A DNA stretch of 64,000 nucleotides, from the NCBI GenBank assembly GCA_905478555.1, contig CAJQIZ010000011.1, forward strand, positions 6,279 through 70,278. The letters are read 5' to 3'. Shown here piece by piece: positions 17,859-28,802 of this stretch; within the stretch, counting starts at the first letter, position 1; every line of letters begins with the position of its first letter. Both the position numbers and the translations under genes were made by a program. The stretch comes from an uncultured Flavobacteriales bacterium. GTDB taxonomy: Bacteria; Bacteroidota; Bacteroidia; Flavobacteriales; BACL11. The notes under the pieces were generated by a model, which did not search any database, was not told the DNA's origin, and saw only the letters and a list, made by a program, of their open reading frames with translations.

Positions 17859-20462
17859 GTGAAAGAAATACAGATAAATATAAAACTAAGTTTACTACTT
17901 ACATTCCTAATACTTATTAGCTCTTGTTCTACAAAGAAAAAGACATATGTAAGTAGAAAATATCATGATATTACCGCAAAATATAATGGTTATTTTAATG
18001 GAAAAGAAAGTTTAAAATACGGAATTAAGAAATTAGAAAAAGCACATTCTGATGATTATAGTCTCGTATTAGATGTTTTTAAACATTCTCAAATTATAAC
18101 ATCAAAAGCACATCATTCTTATATGGATAAATCCATAAAGAAAGGATCGGCAGTTATTCAAAAACACTCCATAAATATTAGAAATAAAGAATATTGTAAA
18201 TGGATAGATGATAGCTATTTTTTAGTAGCTAAAGCATATTACTTTAAAGGTGAGTATATTGAAGCCAAAAAGACCTTTGATTACATAAAAAATAAATTTA
18301 AGAAAACTGAAATAGCTTTCGAGTCGGAATTGTGGTCAGCAAAATGCTATATCGCTTTAAATGATTTTTATTCTGCAGAAAATATTTTAGATGAGTTACA
18401 GTCTAAAAAGAGGTTTCCTGAAAAATTAGACAAAGACTTACATTTAGCATTAGCAGATTTATATATAAAACAAGAAATGTATTCGGATGCGGTAGATGAG
18501 TTGAGGTCTGCAACTAATATCATAAAAAGGAAAAATATAAAAGCGAGATATTTTTATATAATAGCTCAAATATATCAAGAAGCTTCTAATGTAAAACAAA
18601 GTAAAAAGTATTTTGAATTAGTTTTAAAATCCAACCCAGAATATGAAATGGTGTTTAACGCTAAAATGAACTTAGCTACCACTCTTAGAAATAAAAAAGA
18701 TGTAATTCAGATGAGGTCTAATCTATTAAAAATGATTAATGATGAAAAAAACAAAGATTATTTAGATCAGATTTACTACACTCTTGCAGAGATGAATATT
18801 ATTGAAGGTGATACCGTTAATGCGATTGAAAATTACAACCTTTCATCAACATATAGTGTTGACAATGATAATCAAAAATCTATCTCGTTTTTAAGTTTAG
18901 GGAAAATATATTATCATAAATCAGATTACACTAAAGCAAAAATATTTTACGATAGTGCTTTTGTTTTCATGTCAGAAGAAAATAGTTTTTATCCAGAAAC
19001 TAAAAACACTCAACAGATTTTAGAAAATCTATTAATTCATCTTAACACTATTAGTTATGAAGATAGTTTACAGTGGTTAGTTTCACTTTCTGATTCCGAT
19101 AGAAAATTAGTAATTCAATCTGTAATAGCTGAGGTTATTAAAAAAGAGCAAGAAGAGTTAAGAGGTCAGCAAGTTAAAAACACAAGGGGAATGATGAATC
19201 AAAATGGGAGAAATGAAAGTTTTGGTAGAGAAACATCTGGTGGAAAATGGTATTTCTATAATCCCGCAACTTTAAGTTTTGGTATGTCGGAATTCAAAAA
19301 AAAATGGGGAAAAAGAAAGTTAGAAGACGATTGGAGAAGATCTAACAAAAAAACACTTACCAATTTGGATGCTGACACAACATTTAATACTGATGCGGAT
19401 AAAAGTGATAAAGAAAATCTTAAATCTGCAAAATATTATTTAGATCAACTTCCCTTAAGTGAAAAGGATATCATGGAATCTAATAATAAAATTATTAACG
19501 CTTATTACGGAGCTTCTGTAATTTATAAAGAAGATTTAGAGGAGTTTAAAAAATCAGAAGAAATGTTGGAGGGATTAGTAAAAAGATTCCCTAATCATGA
19601 GGAATTAACTCCTCTTTCTTACTACTTAATATATAATCTTCAACTGGAGAAAAAAAGTGTTAAAAAGGCGGTTAAAACTAAAAACAAGTTAGTAAGTAGA
19701 TTTCCTGAAAGTAATTACGCTAAAACATTATTAGACACTAATTTCATCACTTCTATTCTAGAAAAAGAAGTTTTTGTAGAGAAAGAATATAACGATATTT
19801 ACGATATATATAATAAAGATAGTTTTGATTTATCTCACTCTCTTTCATCTTTAAAAATAAAAGAGTTAGAAAAAACTAAAGATTCAAAATATCTTCCTAA
19901 ATATTTTCTTATTCAAATTTTATCTGATTTTAAACTAACTAACGATACTATTCTGTTTATTAATAATCTTAAAATAGGGGAGATTAATTATTCAGAAACA
20001 AAATCAAAAGATAGATTTACAGAGATATTAAAATTACTTGAAAACACTAAAGATATCTCAGAAAGAAACAAAACATCTGTACTTAAAACCCCATATAGAT
20101 ATAAAGATAATTCAGATCATTTTTTTGTTTTACTCCTTCCGAAAGAAAATACAGATATTACATTTATTAAAACATTAGTCTCTAATTTTAATCTTAATGA
20201 CTATAGTACAGATATACTAGAAATAAATACAGTGTTACTTGGTTTGGACCAGCACTTACTTATTGTTAAAACATTTAATTCTACTAAAAAAGTAGAGAGA
20301 TATGCGGGAATGTTACTTTCTAACTCTTCTCTTTTAAAAGAATTAAACAAATCAAATTTTAATAAGATAATTATATCGAAAGATAACTTTGTGGAATTCT
20401 ACAAAAATAAAGATATAGAGGGATATTCTAAGTTCTTTAATAATAATTACTTAGAAAATTAA
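17859..20462 (+). CDS. sprE: TPR lipoprotein, probable T9SS/gliding component SprE (PorW)
   Basis: 867 aa. Lipoprotein signal LILISSC, multiple TPR-like helices, size and N-terminal YHDITAKYNGYFNG motif, and position upstream of bactofilin plus the atp operon, as I recall for flavobacterial sprE. Needs an HMM check. Confidence 0.5.
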   Translation: MKEIQINIKLSLLLTFLILISSCSTKKKTYVSRKYHDITAKYNGYFNGKESLKYGIKKLEKAHSDDYSLVLDVFKHSQIITSKAHHSYMDKSIKKGSAVIQKHSINIRNKEYCKWIDDSYFLVAKAYYFKGEYIEAKKTFDYIKNKFKKTEIAFESELWSAKCYIALNDFYSAENILDELQSKKRFPEKLDKDLHLALADLYIKQEMYSDAVDELRSATNIIKRKNIKARYFYIIAQIYQEASNVKQSKKYFELVLKSNPEYEMVFNAKMNLATTLRNKKDVIQMRSNLLKMINDEKNKDYLDQIYYTLAEMNIIEGDTVNAIENYNLSSTYSVDNDNQKSISFLSLGKIYYHKSDYTKAKIFYDSAFVFMSEENSFYPETKNTQQILENLLIHLNTISYEDSLQWLVSLSDSDRKLVIQSVIAEVIKKEQEELRGQQVKNTRGMMNQNGRNESFGRETSGGKWYFYNPATLSFGMSEFKKKWGKRKLEDDWRRSNKKTLTNLDADTTFNTDADKSDKENLKSAKYYLDQLPLSEKDIMESNNKIINAYYGASVIYKEDLEEFKKSEEMLEGLVKRFPNHEELTPLSYYLIYNLQLEKKSVKKAVKTKNKLVSRFPESNYAKTLLDTNFITSILEKEVFVEKEYNDIYDIYNKDSFDLSHSLSSLKIKELEKTKDSKYLPKYFLIQILSDFKLTNDTILFINNLKIGEINYSETKSKDRFTEILKLLENTKDISERNKTSVLKTPYRYKDNSDHFFVLLLPKENTDITFIKTLVSNFNLNDYSTDILEINTVLLGLDQHLLIVKTFNSTKKVERYAGMLLSNSSLLKELNKSNFNKIIISKDNFVEFYKNKDIEGYSKFFNNNYLEN

Positions 20463-20509
20463 AACTTTAAAAAATTATCTTAATTTAGCAAAACAAAAAT
20501 TTATTAAAT

Positions 20510-20926
20510 ATGTTTTCAAATAATAACAATAATATGAAAAACTCAAACAACACATCTTCTGTGGTAAACATGATTGGAAATGGAACGGTCATTACCGGAG
20601 ATATCAAGTCTAAAAGTGATATTAGAATTGATGGTATTTTAAAAGGTTCTGTAAAAACTGAGGGTAAACTTGTTGTTGGTTCAACTGGTGTTGTTGAAGG
20701 AGATGTTGATTGTGTTAGTGCGGATGTTTCAGGTGAGATAAAAGCTAAGATTACTGTTTCTCAATTACTATCCTTAAAATCTACTTCAAAGTTAAATGGT
20801 GATATTATTACTAATAAACTTTCTATTGAACCGGGAGCTACTTTTTCAGGTTCTTGTAGTATGGGAGCGGTGATTAAAGATATTAAGCATGCCGAAAAAC
20901 AAGATAAACAAGAAAAAACAGCTTAA
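20510..20926 (+). CDS. bactofilin-family polymer-forming protein
   Basis: 138 aa. Repetitive beta-helix pattern (G.V..GDI.S..DIRIDG.L.GSV...GKLVVG..G.V.GDV) typical of bactofilin DUF583. Confidence 0.75.
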   Translation: MFSNNNNNMKNSNNTSSVVNMIGNGTVITGDIKSKSDIRIDGILKGSVKTEGKLVVGSTGVVEGDVDCVSADVSGEIKAKITVSQLLSLKSTSKLNGDIITNKLSIEPGATFSGSCSMGAVIKDIKHAEKQDKQEKTA

Positions 20927-21122
20927 ATCTTACATTAAATATTCTTCACTAACTACACAAATGTCCATAATTATTATTACAGGGACTTTTTTTGGAGATT
21001 ATCTTGATAATTCTAATAATTCAGAAATACCGTTTTACACAATTATATTTTCATTATTTTCAATAATTTTATCTTTATATTATGTGTTACGAAAAACAGT
21101 AAAAGACAATGATAAAAAATAA
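20889..21122 (+). CDS. AtpZ/AtpI-like small membrane protein
   Basis: 77 aa, two TM helices, basic N-terminus (KSYIKYSSLTTQMSIIIITGTFFGDYLD). Precedes atpB and overlaps the bactofilin 3' end by 38 nt. Confidence 0.5.
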   Translation: MPKNKINKKKQLKSYIKYSSLTTQMSIIIITGTFFGDYLDNSNNSEIPFYTIIFSLFSIILSLYYVLRKTVKDNDKK

Positions 21123-21462
21123 GGTATTTATTTTTATTCTCTGTATGTTATTAAATTACTATTTTGTAGAGGAGTTTGATTTAGATATTCAGTTTTTTGA
21201 TGTTTTTACAATACAGGTCTTCCTTTTTGCAGTTGTTGTTTTGGGAGATTTTTTTCACAAAAAATTTTCTAATAACAAACACATTACTCCATCACATTTT
21301 TTAATTATTAATTTCTTCAGAATTTTTATTTGTGTGTTATTTTTATTACCAAAAATTTTAAATTATAGTAAGAATGAAAACACTTACATTTATAACTTTT
21401 TTATTATTTATTTCATCTATCTTTTTTCCGATATTATTTTAAAAACTAAAATTAAAAACTAA
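21109..21462 (+). CDS. hypothetical 4-TM membrane protein in the atp operon leader
   Basis: 117 aa, hydrophobic, sits between AtpZ and atpB. No motif I can name. Confidence 0.4.
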   Translation: MIKNKVFIFILCMLLNYYFVEEFDLDIQFFDVFTIQVFLFAVVVLGDFFHKKFSNNKHITPSHFLIINFFRIFICVLFLLPKILNYSKNENTYIYNFFIIYFIYLFSDIILKTKIKN

Positions 21463-21508
21463 ATTAAAAATAAACTTTTAATTTTCTATTTATAATCAAA
21501 TATTTATT

Positions 21509-21516
21509 TATTTTTG
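21509..21516 (+). promoter_or_regulatory. -7 box TATTTTTG, 28 nt upstream of atpB
   Basis: Exact TAnnTTTG match. Confidence 0.4.
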
Positions 21517-21544
21517 CAAACGATTTTAATGATAGAAAAATAAA

Positions 21545-22585
21545 ATGTTAAAAACTACTTTAAAAGCAACAATTGTACTGCTGTTATTGTTAATAACATC
21601 TGCAACAATTCAAGCTGAAAATCATCCAACTGAAGTTAATTCAGACGAGTTATACAATCCGGTTCCAGCTATTATGCATCATATTTCTGATGCTCATGAA
21701 TGGCATTTATGGGGGGAAGGAGAAGGTTCAGTAACTATTCCATTGCCAGTAATTTTATATACTGAAGGGAATTTAGATATTTTTATGTCTTCTGATTTTA
21801 ATCACGGACATTTAGCTGTTGTAAAAGGGAATAGAGTTTATTCAATTGATTCTCACTCTAATATTACAGAATCTTCAGGATTAAAACCTTTGGATTTATC
21901 TATTACAAAGAATGTAGCTTCTATGTTGTTAGCCTTAGTTGTGTTATTAATTCTATTTGTAGGAGCTGGATTTAAATCAAAGAAAAACAAAGGATCTCCA
22001 AATGGATTACTATCATTTATAGAGCCCCTTGTTTTATTTGTTAGAGATGATATTATTAAGCCAAATGTTGGGACTAATTATAAAAAATTTCTACCCTACT
22101 TACTTACTTTGTTTTTCTTTATTCTCATTAACAACTTATTAGGATTACTTCCTGGATCTGCAAATGTTACTGGAAATATAGCTATTACACTTGTGTTGTC
22201 TTTTATAACATTACTAGTGACAAATTTTTCTGCTAACAAATCTTATTGGGGACATATTTTTAATCCTCCAGGAGTTCCATTAGCACTAATGCCAATTATG
22301 ATTCCTATTGAGATCGTAGGGATTTTTACTAAACCTTTCGCTTTAATGATAAGGTTATTTGCAAACATTTCGGCAGGACACATTATAATATTAAGTTTAA
22401 TATCATTAATATTTATGGCACAAAGCGGTCTAGGAAATGGAGGTGCATTTGGAGTAGCTCCTGTTTCAGTTATATTTGTTCTGTTTATGTATTTGATTGA
22501 AGTACTAGTTGCATTTTTACAAGCATATATATTTACTCTACTTACCTCTCTATTTATAGGGCTGGCGACTGTAGAGAAACATTAA
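21545..22585 (+). CDS. atpB: F0F1 ATP synthase subunit a
   Basis: 346 aa. The conserved LFANISAGH segment contains the essential Arg. Has the long N-terminal extension typical of Bacteroidota. Confidence 0.9.
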   Translation: MLKTTLKATIVLLLLLITSATIQAENHPTEVNSDELYNPVPAIMHHISDAHEWHLWGEGEGSVTIPLPVILYTEGNLDIFMSSDFNHGHLAVVKGNRVYSIDSHSNITESSGLKPLDLSITKNVASMLLALVVLLILFVGAGFKSKKNKGSPNGLLSFIEPLVLFVRDDIIKPNVGTNYKKFLPYLLTLFFFILINNLLGLLPGSANVTGNIAITLVLSFITLLVTNFSANKSYWGHIFNPPGVPLALMPIMIPIEIVGIFTKPFALMIRLFANISAGHIIILSLISLIFMAQSGLGNGGAFGVAPVSVIFVLFMYLIEVLVAFLQAYIFTLLTSLFIGLATVEKH

Positions 22586-22591
22586 AATTAA

Positions 22592-22834
<243 letters not shown>

Positions 22835-22865
22835 TCACAGTAAGTAAAAACAATTAACAACAAAG

Positions 22866-22896
22866 GATTAGTTGTAAGGGTTGCTTACAACTAATC
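22866..22896 (+). terminator. intra-operon stem-loop between atpE and atpF (partial terminator or mRNA stabiliser candidate)
   Basis: Perfect 13-bp stem GATTAGTTGTAAG / CTTACAACTAATC with loop GGTTG, followed by only TTTATT. Confidence 0.45.
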
Positions 22897-22914
22897 TTTA
22901 TTAAAAAAATTATT

Positions 22915-23418
22915 ATGGACCCAATGGCACTGGTAACACCAGCAATAGGATTAATGTTTTGGACTTGTGTAGTATTTGTATTATTACTTGTATTACTAAA
23001 GAAATTTGCATGGAAACCGATTTTAAATGCGGTAGATGAAAGAAATGAAAGTATTGAGAATGCTTTAAAATCAGCAGAGAATGCAAAAGTAGAAATGCAA
23101 GCATTAAATGCGGATAATGAAAGAATATTAGCAGAAGCAAGATTAGAAAGAGACGCTCTTTTAAAGGAAGCTAGAGAGATTAAAGGAAATATTATTAATG
23201 AAGCTAAAGAACAAGCTAATGTTGAGGCGGATAAAATTTTAACTTCTGCTAAAGAGCAAATTTCTACTGAAAAGATGAAAGCTATTACTGAACTTAAAAA
23301 CACAGTTGCCGAACTATCAATTGATATGGCTACTATGGTAATTAAGTCAGAATTAAAAGATGCTGATAAACAAAAAAAATTAGTTACTGAAGCTTTAAAA
23401 GAAGCAGAACTTAATTAA
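22915..23418 (+). CDS. atpF: F0F1 ATP synthase subunit b
   Basis: 167 aa. One N-terminal TM helix followed by a long charged helix. Operon position. Confidence 0.85.
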   Translation: MDPMALVTPAIGLMFWTCVVFVLLLVLLKKFAWKPILNAVDERNESIENALKSAENAKVEMQALNADNERILAEARLERDALLKEAREIKGNIINEAKEQANVEADKILTSAKEQISTEKMKAITELKNTVAELSIDMATMVIKSELKDADKQKKLVTEALKEAELN

Positions 23419-23425
23419 TATTATA

Positions 23426-23983
23426 ATGAAAGCAACAAGACTAACATCTAGATACGCAAAATCATTATTAACACTAGTGATCGAAAACAATTCTTTAGAA
23501 GAAACTTTAGAAGATATGAAGTTGATTCTGGATGTTTGTTCTGAAAATAGAGATTTAACTTTATTATTAAAAAGCCCTGTTGTAAAATCAGATAAAAAAC
23601 TATCTATTCTTTCAGATGTATTTTCAAAATCGATTACAGAACTAACAATGACTTTCATTAATATTATTACTTCTAAAAAGAGAGAAAAGTTTTTAGAGGG
23701 AATTGCTGGAAGTTTTGTTTCTCTTTACAAGTCTCATAAAAATATTGAAACGGTTACTTTAACAACAGCTTGTACTATTGATGAAAATACAAAATCTGAA
23801 ATTCTTAAATACATCAAGAAGAATGGAAAGTCAGAAGTAGAGTTAACAGAAGTAATTAATGAAGATATTATTGGTGGTTTAATCATTAGAATAGGAGATA
23901 AACAATTAGATGCTAGCGTATCTAAAAACATAAAAGAATTAAAAAAATCGTTTAACAAAAACCTTTATATAAAGGACTTTTAA
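23426..23983 (+). CDS. atpH: F0F1 ATP synthase subunit delta (OSCP)
   Basis: 185 aa. RYAKSLL N-terminus and C-terminal GGLIIRIGDKQLDASV motif. Confidence 0.82.
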   Translation: MKATRLTSRYAKSLLTLVIENNSLEETLEDMKLILDVCSENRDLTLLLKSPVVKSDKKLSILSDVFSKSITELTMTFINIITSKKREKFLEGIAGSFVSLYKSHKNIETVTLTTACTIDENTKSEILKYIKKNGKSEVELTEVINEDIIGGLIIRIGDKQLDASVSKNIKELKKSFNKNLYIKDF

Positions 23984-24001
23984 ATATAAAAATTTAAAAC
24001 A

Positions 24002-25582
24002 ATGGTAAAAGTAAAACCAGCTGAAGTATCAGCAATTTTAAGACAACAACTTTCAGGTTTCAAATCTGAAACACAATTAGAGGAAGTTGGAACAGTACTG
24101 CAGGTAGGAGATGGTATAGCTCGTATTTATGGGCTTACTAATGTTCAATCTGGAGAATTAATTGAATTTGAAAACGGACTAAGAGCAATCGTACTTAATC
24201 TTGAAGAAGATAATGTTGGTGCGGTATTATTAGGAGCTTCAAAAGGAATTAAAGAAGGAGATACTGTAAAAAGAACAAATCAGATTGCTTCTGTAAAAGT
24301 AGGTGAAGGAATGCTAGGTAGAGTGGTTGACTCAATGGGTATCCCTATTGATGGTAAAGGACCTATTCTAGGGGACACTTATGAAATGCCAATTGAAAGA
24401 AAGGCTCCAGGTGTAATTTTTAGACAACCTGTAGACGAACCATTACAAACAGGATTAAAAGCAGTTGACGCTATGATCCCAGTAGGTAGAGGTCAAAGAG
24501 AGTTGATTATTGGAGATAGACAAACTGGTAAAACAGCTGTCGCTATTGATACTATTATCAATCAAAAAGAATTTTATGAAAAAGGGGAACCTGTTTTCTG
24601 TATTTATGTCGCTATCGGTCAAAAAGCATCTACAGTTGCCGCTCTTGCAAAAACTTTAGAAGAAGCTGGAGCTTTAGCTTATACTGTTATTGTTGCTGCT
24701 TCTGCTGCTGATCCTGCTCCAATGCAATTTTATGCTCCACTTACAGGTGCAGCAATTGGAGAATTTTTTAGAGATACTGGTAGACCAGCTTTAATTGTTT
24801 TTGATGATTTATCAAAACAAGCAGTTGCTTATAGAGAGGTTTCTCTATTACTTAGAAGACCTCCGGGTAGAGAAGCTTATCCTGGTGATGTATTTTACTT
24901 ACACTCTAGATTATTAGAAAGAGCTGCAAAGGTAATTAATGATGATACTATTGCTTCTAAAATGAACGATTTACCTGAATCCTTAAAAGGTATGGTAAAA
25001 GGTGGAGGTTCTTTAACAGCTTTACCAATCATTGAAACTCAAGCAGGAGATGTATCTGCTTATATTCCAACTAATGTAATTTCTATTACTGATGGTCAGA
25101 TTTTCTTAGAGTCTAACTTATTCTTATCTGGAGTTCGTCCTGCAATTAATGTAGGTATTTCTGTATCTAGAGTAGGTGGTGCTGCACAAATTAAATCTAT
25201 GAAAAAGATTTCAGGAACTTTAAAGTTAGATCAAGCACAATATAGAGAGTTAGAAGCTTTTGCTAAATTTGGATCTGACCTTGATGCGGCTACAACATTA
25301 ATTATCGAGAAAGGAAAACGAAATGTAGAGATACTTAAGCAAGCTCAGTATTCACCATTAAGAGTAGAGGAACAAGCTGCTATTATTTACTGTGGTACAA
25401 ATGGTTTATTAATGGATGTTCCTGTTAAAAAGATGAAAGAATTTGAATCTGAATTCCTTGAATTTTTACACACAAAGCATCAGAATATTTTAGATGCTTT
25501 ATCAGCTGGTAAACTTACAGAAGAAATTAAATCTACAATTGAAACAGTAGCTGCTGATTTATCTCAGAAATACGCTAAATAA
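24002..25582 (+). CDS. atpA: F0F1 ATP synthase subunit alpha
   Basis: 526 aa. Walker A GDRQTGKT and highly conserved alpha-subunit sequence throughout. Confidence 0.97.
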   Translation: MVKVKPAEVSAILRQQLSGFKSETQLEEVGTVLQVGDGIARIYGLTNVQSGELIEFENGLRAIVLNLEEDNVGAVLLGASKGIKEGDTVKRTNQIASVKVGEGMLGRVVDSMGIPIDGKGPILGDTYEMPIERKAPGVIFRQPVDEPLQTGLKAVDAMIPVGRGQRELIIGDRQTGKTAVAIDTIINQKEFYEKGEPVFCIYVAIGQKASTVAALAKTLEEAGALAYTVIVAASAADPAPMQFYAPLTGAAIGEFFRDTGRPALIVFDDLSKQAVAYREVSLLLRRPPGREAYPGDVFYLHSRLLERAAKVINDDTIASKMNDLPESLKGMVKGGGSLTALPIIETQAGDVSAYIPTNVISITDGQIFLESNLFLSGVRPAINVGISVSRVGGAAQIKSMKKISGTLKLDQAQYRELEAFAKFGSDLDAATTLIIEKGKRNVEILKQAQYSPLRVEEQAAIIYCGTNGLLMDVPVKKMKEFESEFLEFLHTKHQNILDALSAGKLTEEIKSTIETVAADLSQKYAK

Positions 25583-25584
25583 TT

Positions 25585-26448
25585 ATGGCGAACTTAAAAG
25601 AAATAAGAATTCGGATTTCATCTGTTGGGTCAACTATGCAGATTACATCTGCTATGAAAATGGTTTCTGCATCCAAGTTAAAAAGAGCTCAGGATGCTAT
25701 TACTCAAATGAGACCATATGCAATTAAACTTACTGAATTATTGGTAAATTTAAGTTCTACTCTTGATAGTTCTGAAGGTGGTGCTTATTCTGAAAATAGA
25801 GATGTAAAAAAAGTTTTATTAGTAACAATTACTTCTAATAGAGGTTTATGTGGTGGGTTTAATGCTAATATTATTAAAAAGGCAAAGTCATTAATTACTA
25901 ACGAATATAAAGATGCTCAGACAGAAATTCTTTCTATTGGTAGAAAATCTTCTGAAGATTTTACAAAAAATGGTTTTAATGTACTTTCTACACATGATGA
26001 TTTATATTCTGACTTAACTTTTGAGAATACTTCTGAAATAGCTCAGTCTATTATGGATTCTTTTACAGATGGTCAGTACGATAAAGTAGTTTTACTTTAT
26101 AATCAATTTAAGAATGCTGCTACTCAAATTGTAATGAATGAATCTTATTTACCTGTTGAAACTCCTGAAGAGTCAGAAGGTTCTGTAGGAGATTATATTT
26201 TTGAGCCAAATCAACAAGATATTGTTGAAACTTTAATTCCTAAAACATTAAAAACACAATTATTTAAAGCTGTTTTAGATTCTCATGCTTCCGAGCATGG
26301 AGCTAGAATGACAGCTATGCATAAAGCTACAGATAATGCGGGTGAGTTGAAAAAAGAACTTACACTTCAGTACAACAAAGCTCGTCAAGCTGCAATTACA
26401 GGTGAAATATTGGAAATTGTTGGTGGTGCAGAAGCATTAAATGGTTAA
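25585..26448 (+). CDS. atpG: F0F1 ATP synthase subunit gamma
   Basis: 287 aa. MANLKEIRIRISSV...ITSAMKMVSASKL N-terminus and C-terminal QAAITGEILEIVGGAEAL. Confidence 0.92.
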   Translation: MANLKEIRIRISSVGSTMQITSAMKMVSASKLKRAQDAITQMRPYAIKLTELLVNLSSTLDSSEGGAYSENRDVKKVLLVTITSNRGLCGGFNANIIKKAKSLITNEYKDAQTEILSIGRKSSEDFTKNGFNVLSTHDDLYSDLTFENTSEIAQSIMDSFTDGQYDKVVLLYNQFKNAATQIVMNESYLPVETPEESEGSVGDYIFEPNQQDIVETLIPKTLKTQLFKAVLDSHASEHGARMTAMHKATDNAGELKKELTLQYNKARQAAITGEILEIVGGAEALNG

Positions 26449-26475
26449 GATATACTAAAATAACATTGTTAAAAA

Positions 26476-26502
26476 CCCTCTACATTTTGTAGGGGGTTTT
26501 TT
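26476..26502 (+). terminator. rho-independent terminator ending the atp operon
   Basis: Stem CCCTCTACA / TGTAGGGGG (one G-T pair) followed by T6. Confidence 0.7.
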
Positions 26503-26523
26503 ATTTTTAAAAAATGTAAATAC

Positions 26524-26531
26524 TATATTTG
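26524..26531 (+). promoter_or_regulatory. -7 box TATATTTG, 17 nt upstream of the enoyl-CoA hydratase ATG
   Basis: Exact TAnnTTTG match just after the atp terminator. Confidence 0.4.
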
Positions 26532-26548
26532 TAAAAACAATTACTATC

Positions 26549-27322
26549 ATGAATTATAATAATATACTTTTAGAGGTTAAAGATAAAATCTCATACATTA
26601 CTATAAACAGACCTAATCAGTTAAACGCATTAAATTCGGAAACTATAAAGGAGTTACACTCTGCAATAATTCATTCTGAAGAAAATAAAGAAGTAAGGTG
26701 TCTTATCCTTACTGGAAGTGGTACAAAAGCTTTTATTGCAGGTGCTGATATTAAAGAATTTGCAGATTTTAACACGGAAAAAGGAGAAAATTTAGCAAGA
26801 AAAGGACAAGAACAATTGTTCGATTTGTTAGAAAATTGTTCTAAACCAACCATTGCAGCTGTAAACGGATTTGCTTTAGGAGGAGGATTGGAATTAGCAA
26901 TGTCTTGTCATGTCAGGATTGCTTCATTAAATGCAAAAATGGGATTACCAGAAGTTTCTTTAGGTGTTATTCCTGGTTATGGTGGAACACAAAGACTAGC
27001 AAATTTAGTAGGAAAAGGAAAGGCAATGGAAATGATATGTACAGCATCTATGTTATCTGCAGAAGACGCTTTACAATGGGGATTGGTAAATAGTGTTTGT
27101 GAGCAAGAAGACTTAATATTAGATTGTGAAAAGATAGCATCTAAGATTTGTAGAAACTCTCCAATGGCAATTTCTTCTGCAATAAAATCAGTAAATGCAG
27201 GTTTTCTTGATGGAGTTGATGGTTTTGAAATAGAAAAGAAAGAGTTTGGTAAGTGTTTCGGAACAGAAGAATTTAAAGAAGGAACAACAGCATTTTTAGA
27301 AAAAAGAAAAGCAAATTTTTAA
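26549..27322 (+). CDS. enoyl-CoA hydratase/isomerase (crotonase) family protein
   Basis: 257 aa. LNALN, FIAGADIKEF and AAVNGFALGGGLELAMSCH oxyanion-hole motifs. Confidence 0.85.
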   Translation: MNYNNILLEVKDKISYITINRPNQLNALNSETIKELHSAIIHSEENKEVRCLILTGSGTKAFIAGADIKEFADFNTEKGENLARKGQEQLFDLLENCSKPTIAAVNGFALGGGLELAMSCHVRIASLNAKMGLPEVSLGVIPGYGGTQRLANLVGKGKAMEMICTASMLSAEDALQWGLVNSVCEQEDLILDCEKIASKICRNSPMAISSAIKSVNAGFLDGVDGFEIEKKEFGKCFGTEEFKEGTTAFLEKRKANF

Positions 27323-28801
27323 TTGAATCCACTTAAGAAATTAGCGGGACAAACCGTGATTTATGGTTTAAGTAGTGTGGTGGGTAGATTGTTAAACTAC
27401 CTTCTAGTACCTCTGTATACTCGTTATTTTCTTCCATCAGAGTATGGGGTAGTTACAGAGCTTTACGCTTATGTTGCTTTTTTAGTTGTTATTTTAACCT
27501 ATGGTATAGAGACCGCATTTTTCAGATATAGTCAAAGGGTTCCTAATAAAAAATCGGTTTATAGCACCGCTCTTATATCTTTGTTAATTACCTCCTGTAT
27601 TTTTGTTTCTATTATTTATTTTAATGCCTCTCCTATTTCTAATTGGCTTCAATATCCTGAATTCCCTGAGTATATTAGGTGGTTTGCTATTATAATTGGT
27701 TTAGATGCTGTGTCGGCTATTTCATTTGCAAAACTAAGAGAGCAAAATAAGGCTATCAGATTTGCTTTAGTTCGTTTACTTAATATTTTCATTAATATAG
27801 GATTAAATTTATTTTTCATTATTTACTGTCCTTATGCTTTAGAAAAAGGACTTTCTTCAGTAGAGTTTGTTAACTCATTGTATTCAGCTGATATAGGTGT
27901 TGGGTATATATTTATTGCAAATTTAATTGCTAGTGTTGTTACCTTTTTAATGTTGTTACCCGAAATGATAAAGTCAGTTTGGATTTTTGATAAATCACTT
28001 TGGAAGCAAATGATGATTTATGGATTACCTTTATTGATTGCTGGTTTAGCGGGTATGACTAATGAGACAATTGACAGAATATTATTAAAACATCTTTTAC
28101 CCTCTACTGTAAATTCATCTTACGAACTTGGTTTGTATGGGGCGTTTTACAAACTTTCAATTTTAATGATTTTATTTATTCAAACTTTTCGCTTTGCAGC
28201 AGAACCCTTTTTCTTTGCTCAAGAAAAAGAGAAAAATGCTAGAAAAGTTTATGCGGATGTAATGAAGTATTTTGTAATTATTACCTCTTTTATTTTCTTA
28301 TCAGTTAGTTTATTTTATGACTTTATAATTTTATTTTTAGGAGAGAATTATCACGACCCTAGAGGTTTCAAAGTTGTATCCATTTTACTTGCAGCAAATT
28401 TATTTTTAGGAATTTATTATAATCTTTCTATTTGGTATAAATTATCTGAAAAAACAAAATACGGAGCTTATCTCTCTATGTTTGGAGCTGTAATTACTTT
28501 GTGTTTAAACTTTATTCTTATCCCGAAAATAGGTTTTGTTGGCTCGGCTTGGGCTACACTTATCTGCTATGTTAGTATGACTGTAGCTTCTTATTATTTA
28601 GGAAGAAAGCATTATAAGATTCCTTATCCTCTTAAAATAATTTTCTTTTATTTAGGACTAGTTGCAGCACTATACTTTACAAGTATACTTTTCAATTCAC
28701 ACATTATAAATAGTTTATACATCCTAATTTTTATAAGTATTGCTTTTTACTTAGAAAAACCTAAAAAAGCAGTAATTTCAAACCCTAAATTATTCAATTA
28801 A
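27323..28801 (+). CDS. MOP-superfamily polysaccharide/oligosaccharide flippase
   Basis: 492 aa, about 12-14 TM segments. N-terminal [29 protein letters not shown] is typical of Wzx-like polysaccharide biosynthesis proteins. TTG start abuts the upstream stop. Confidence 0.7.
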   Translation: MNPLKKLAGQTVIYGLSSVVGRLLNYLLVPLYTRYFLPSEYGVVTELYAYVAFLVVILTYGIETAFFRYSQRVPNKKSVYSTALISLLITSCIFVSIIYFNASPISNWLQYPEFPEYIRWFAIIIGLDAVSAISFAKLREQNKAIRFALVRLLNIFINIGLNLFFIIYCPYALEKGLSSVEFVNSLYSADIGVGYIFIANLIASVVTFLMLLPEMIKSVWIFDKSLWKQMMIYGLPLLIAGLAGMTNETIDRILLKHLLPSTVNSSYELGLYGAFYKLSILMILFIQTFRFAAEPFFFAQEKEKNARKVYADVMKYFVIITSFIFLSVSLFYDFIILFLGENYHDPRGFKVVSILLAANLFLGIYYNLSIWYKLSEKTKYGAYLSMFGAVITLCLNFILIPKIGFVGSAWATLICYVSMTVASYYLGRKHYKIPYPLKIIFFYLGLVAALYFTSILFNSHIINSLYILIFISIAFYLEKPKKAVISNPKLFN

Positions 28802-28802
28802 A

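Noticed and set aside
22854-23303. Minus-strand ORFs of 149 and 75 aa overlapping atpF
   Set aside because: They are antisense to atpF, which is well supported by its operon position, and their sequence is low-complexity S/A/L. The 5' part coincides with the atpE-atpF hairpin.
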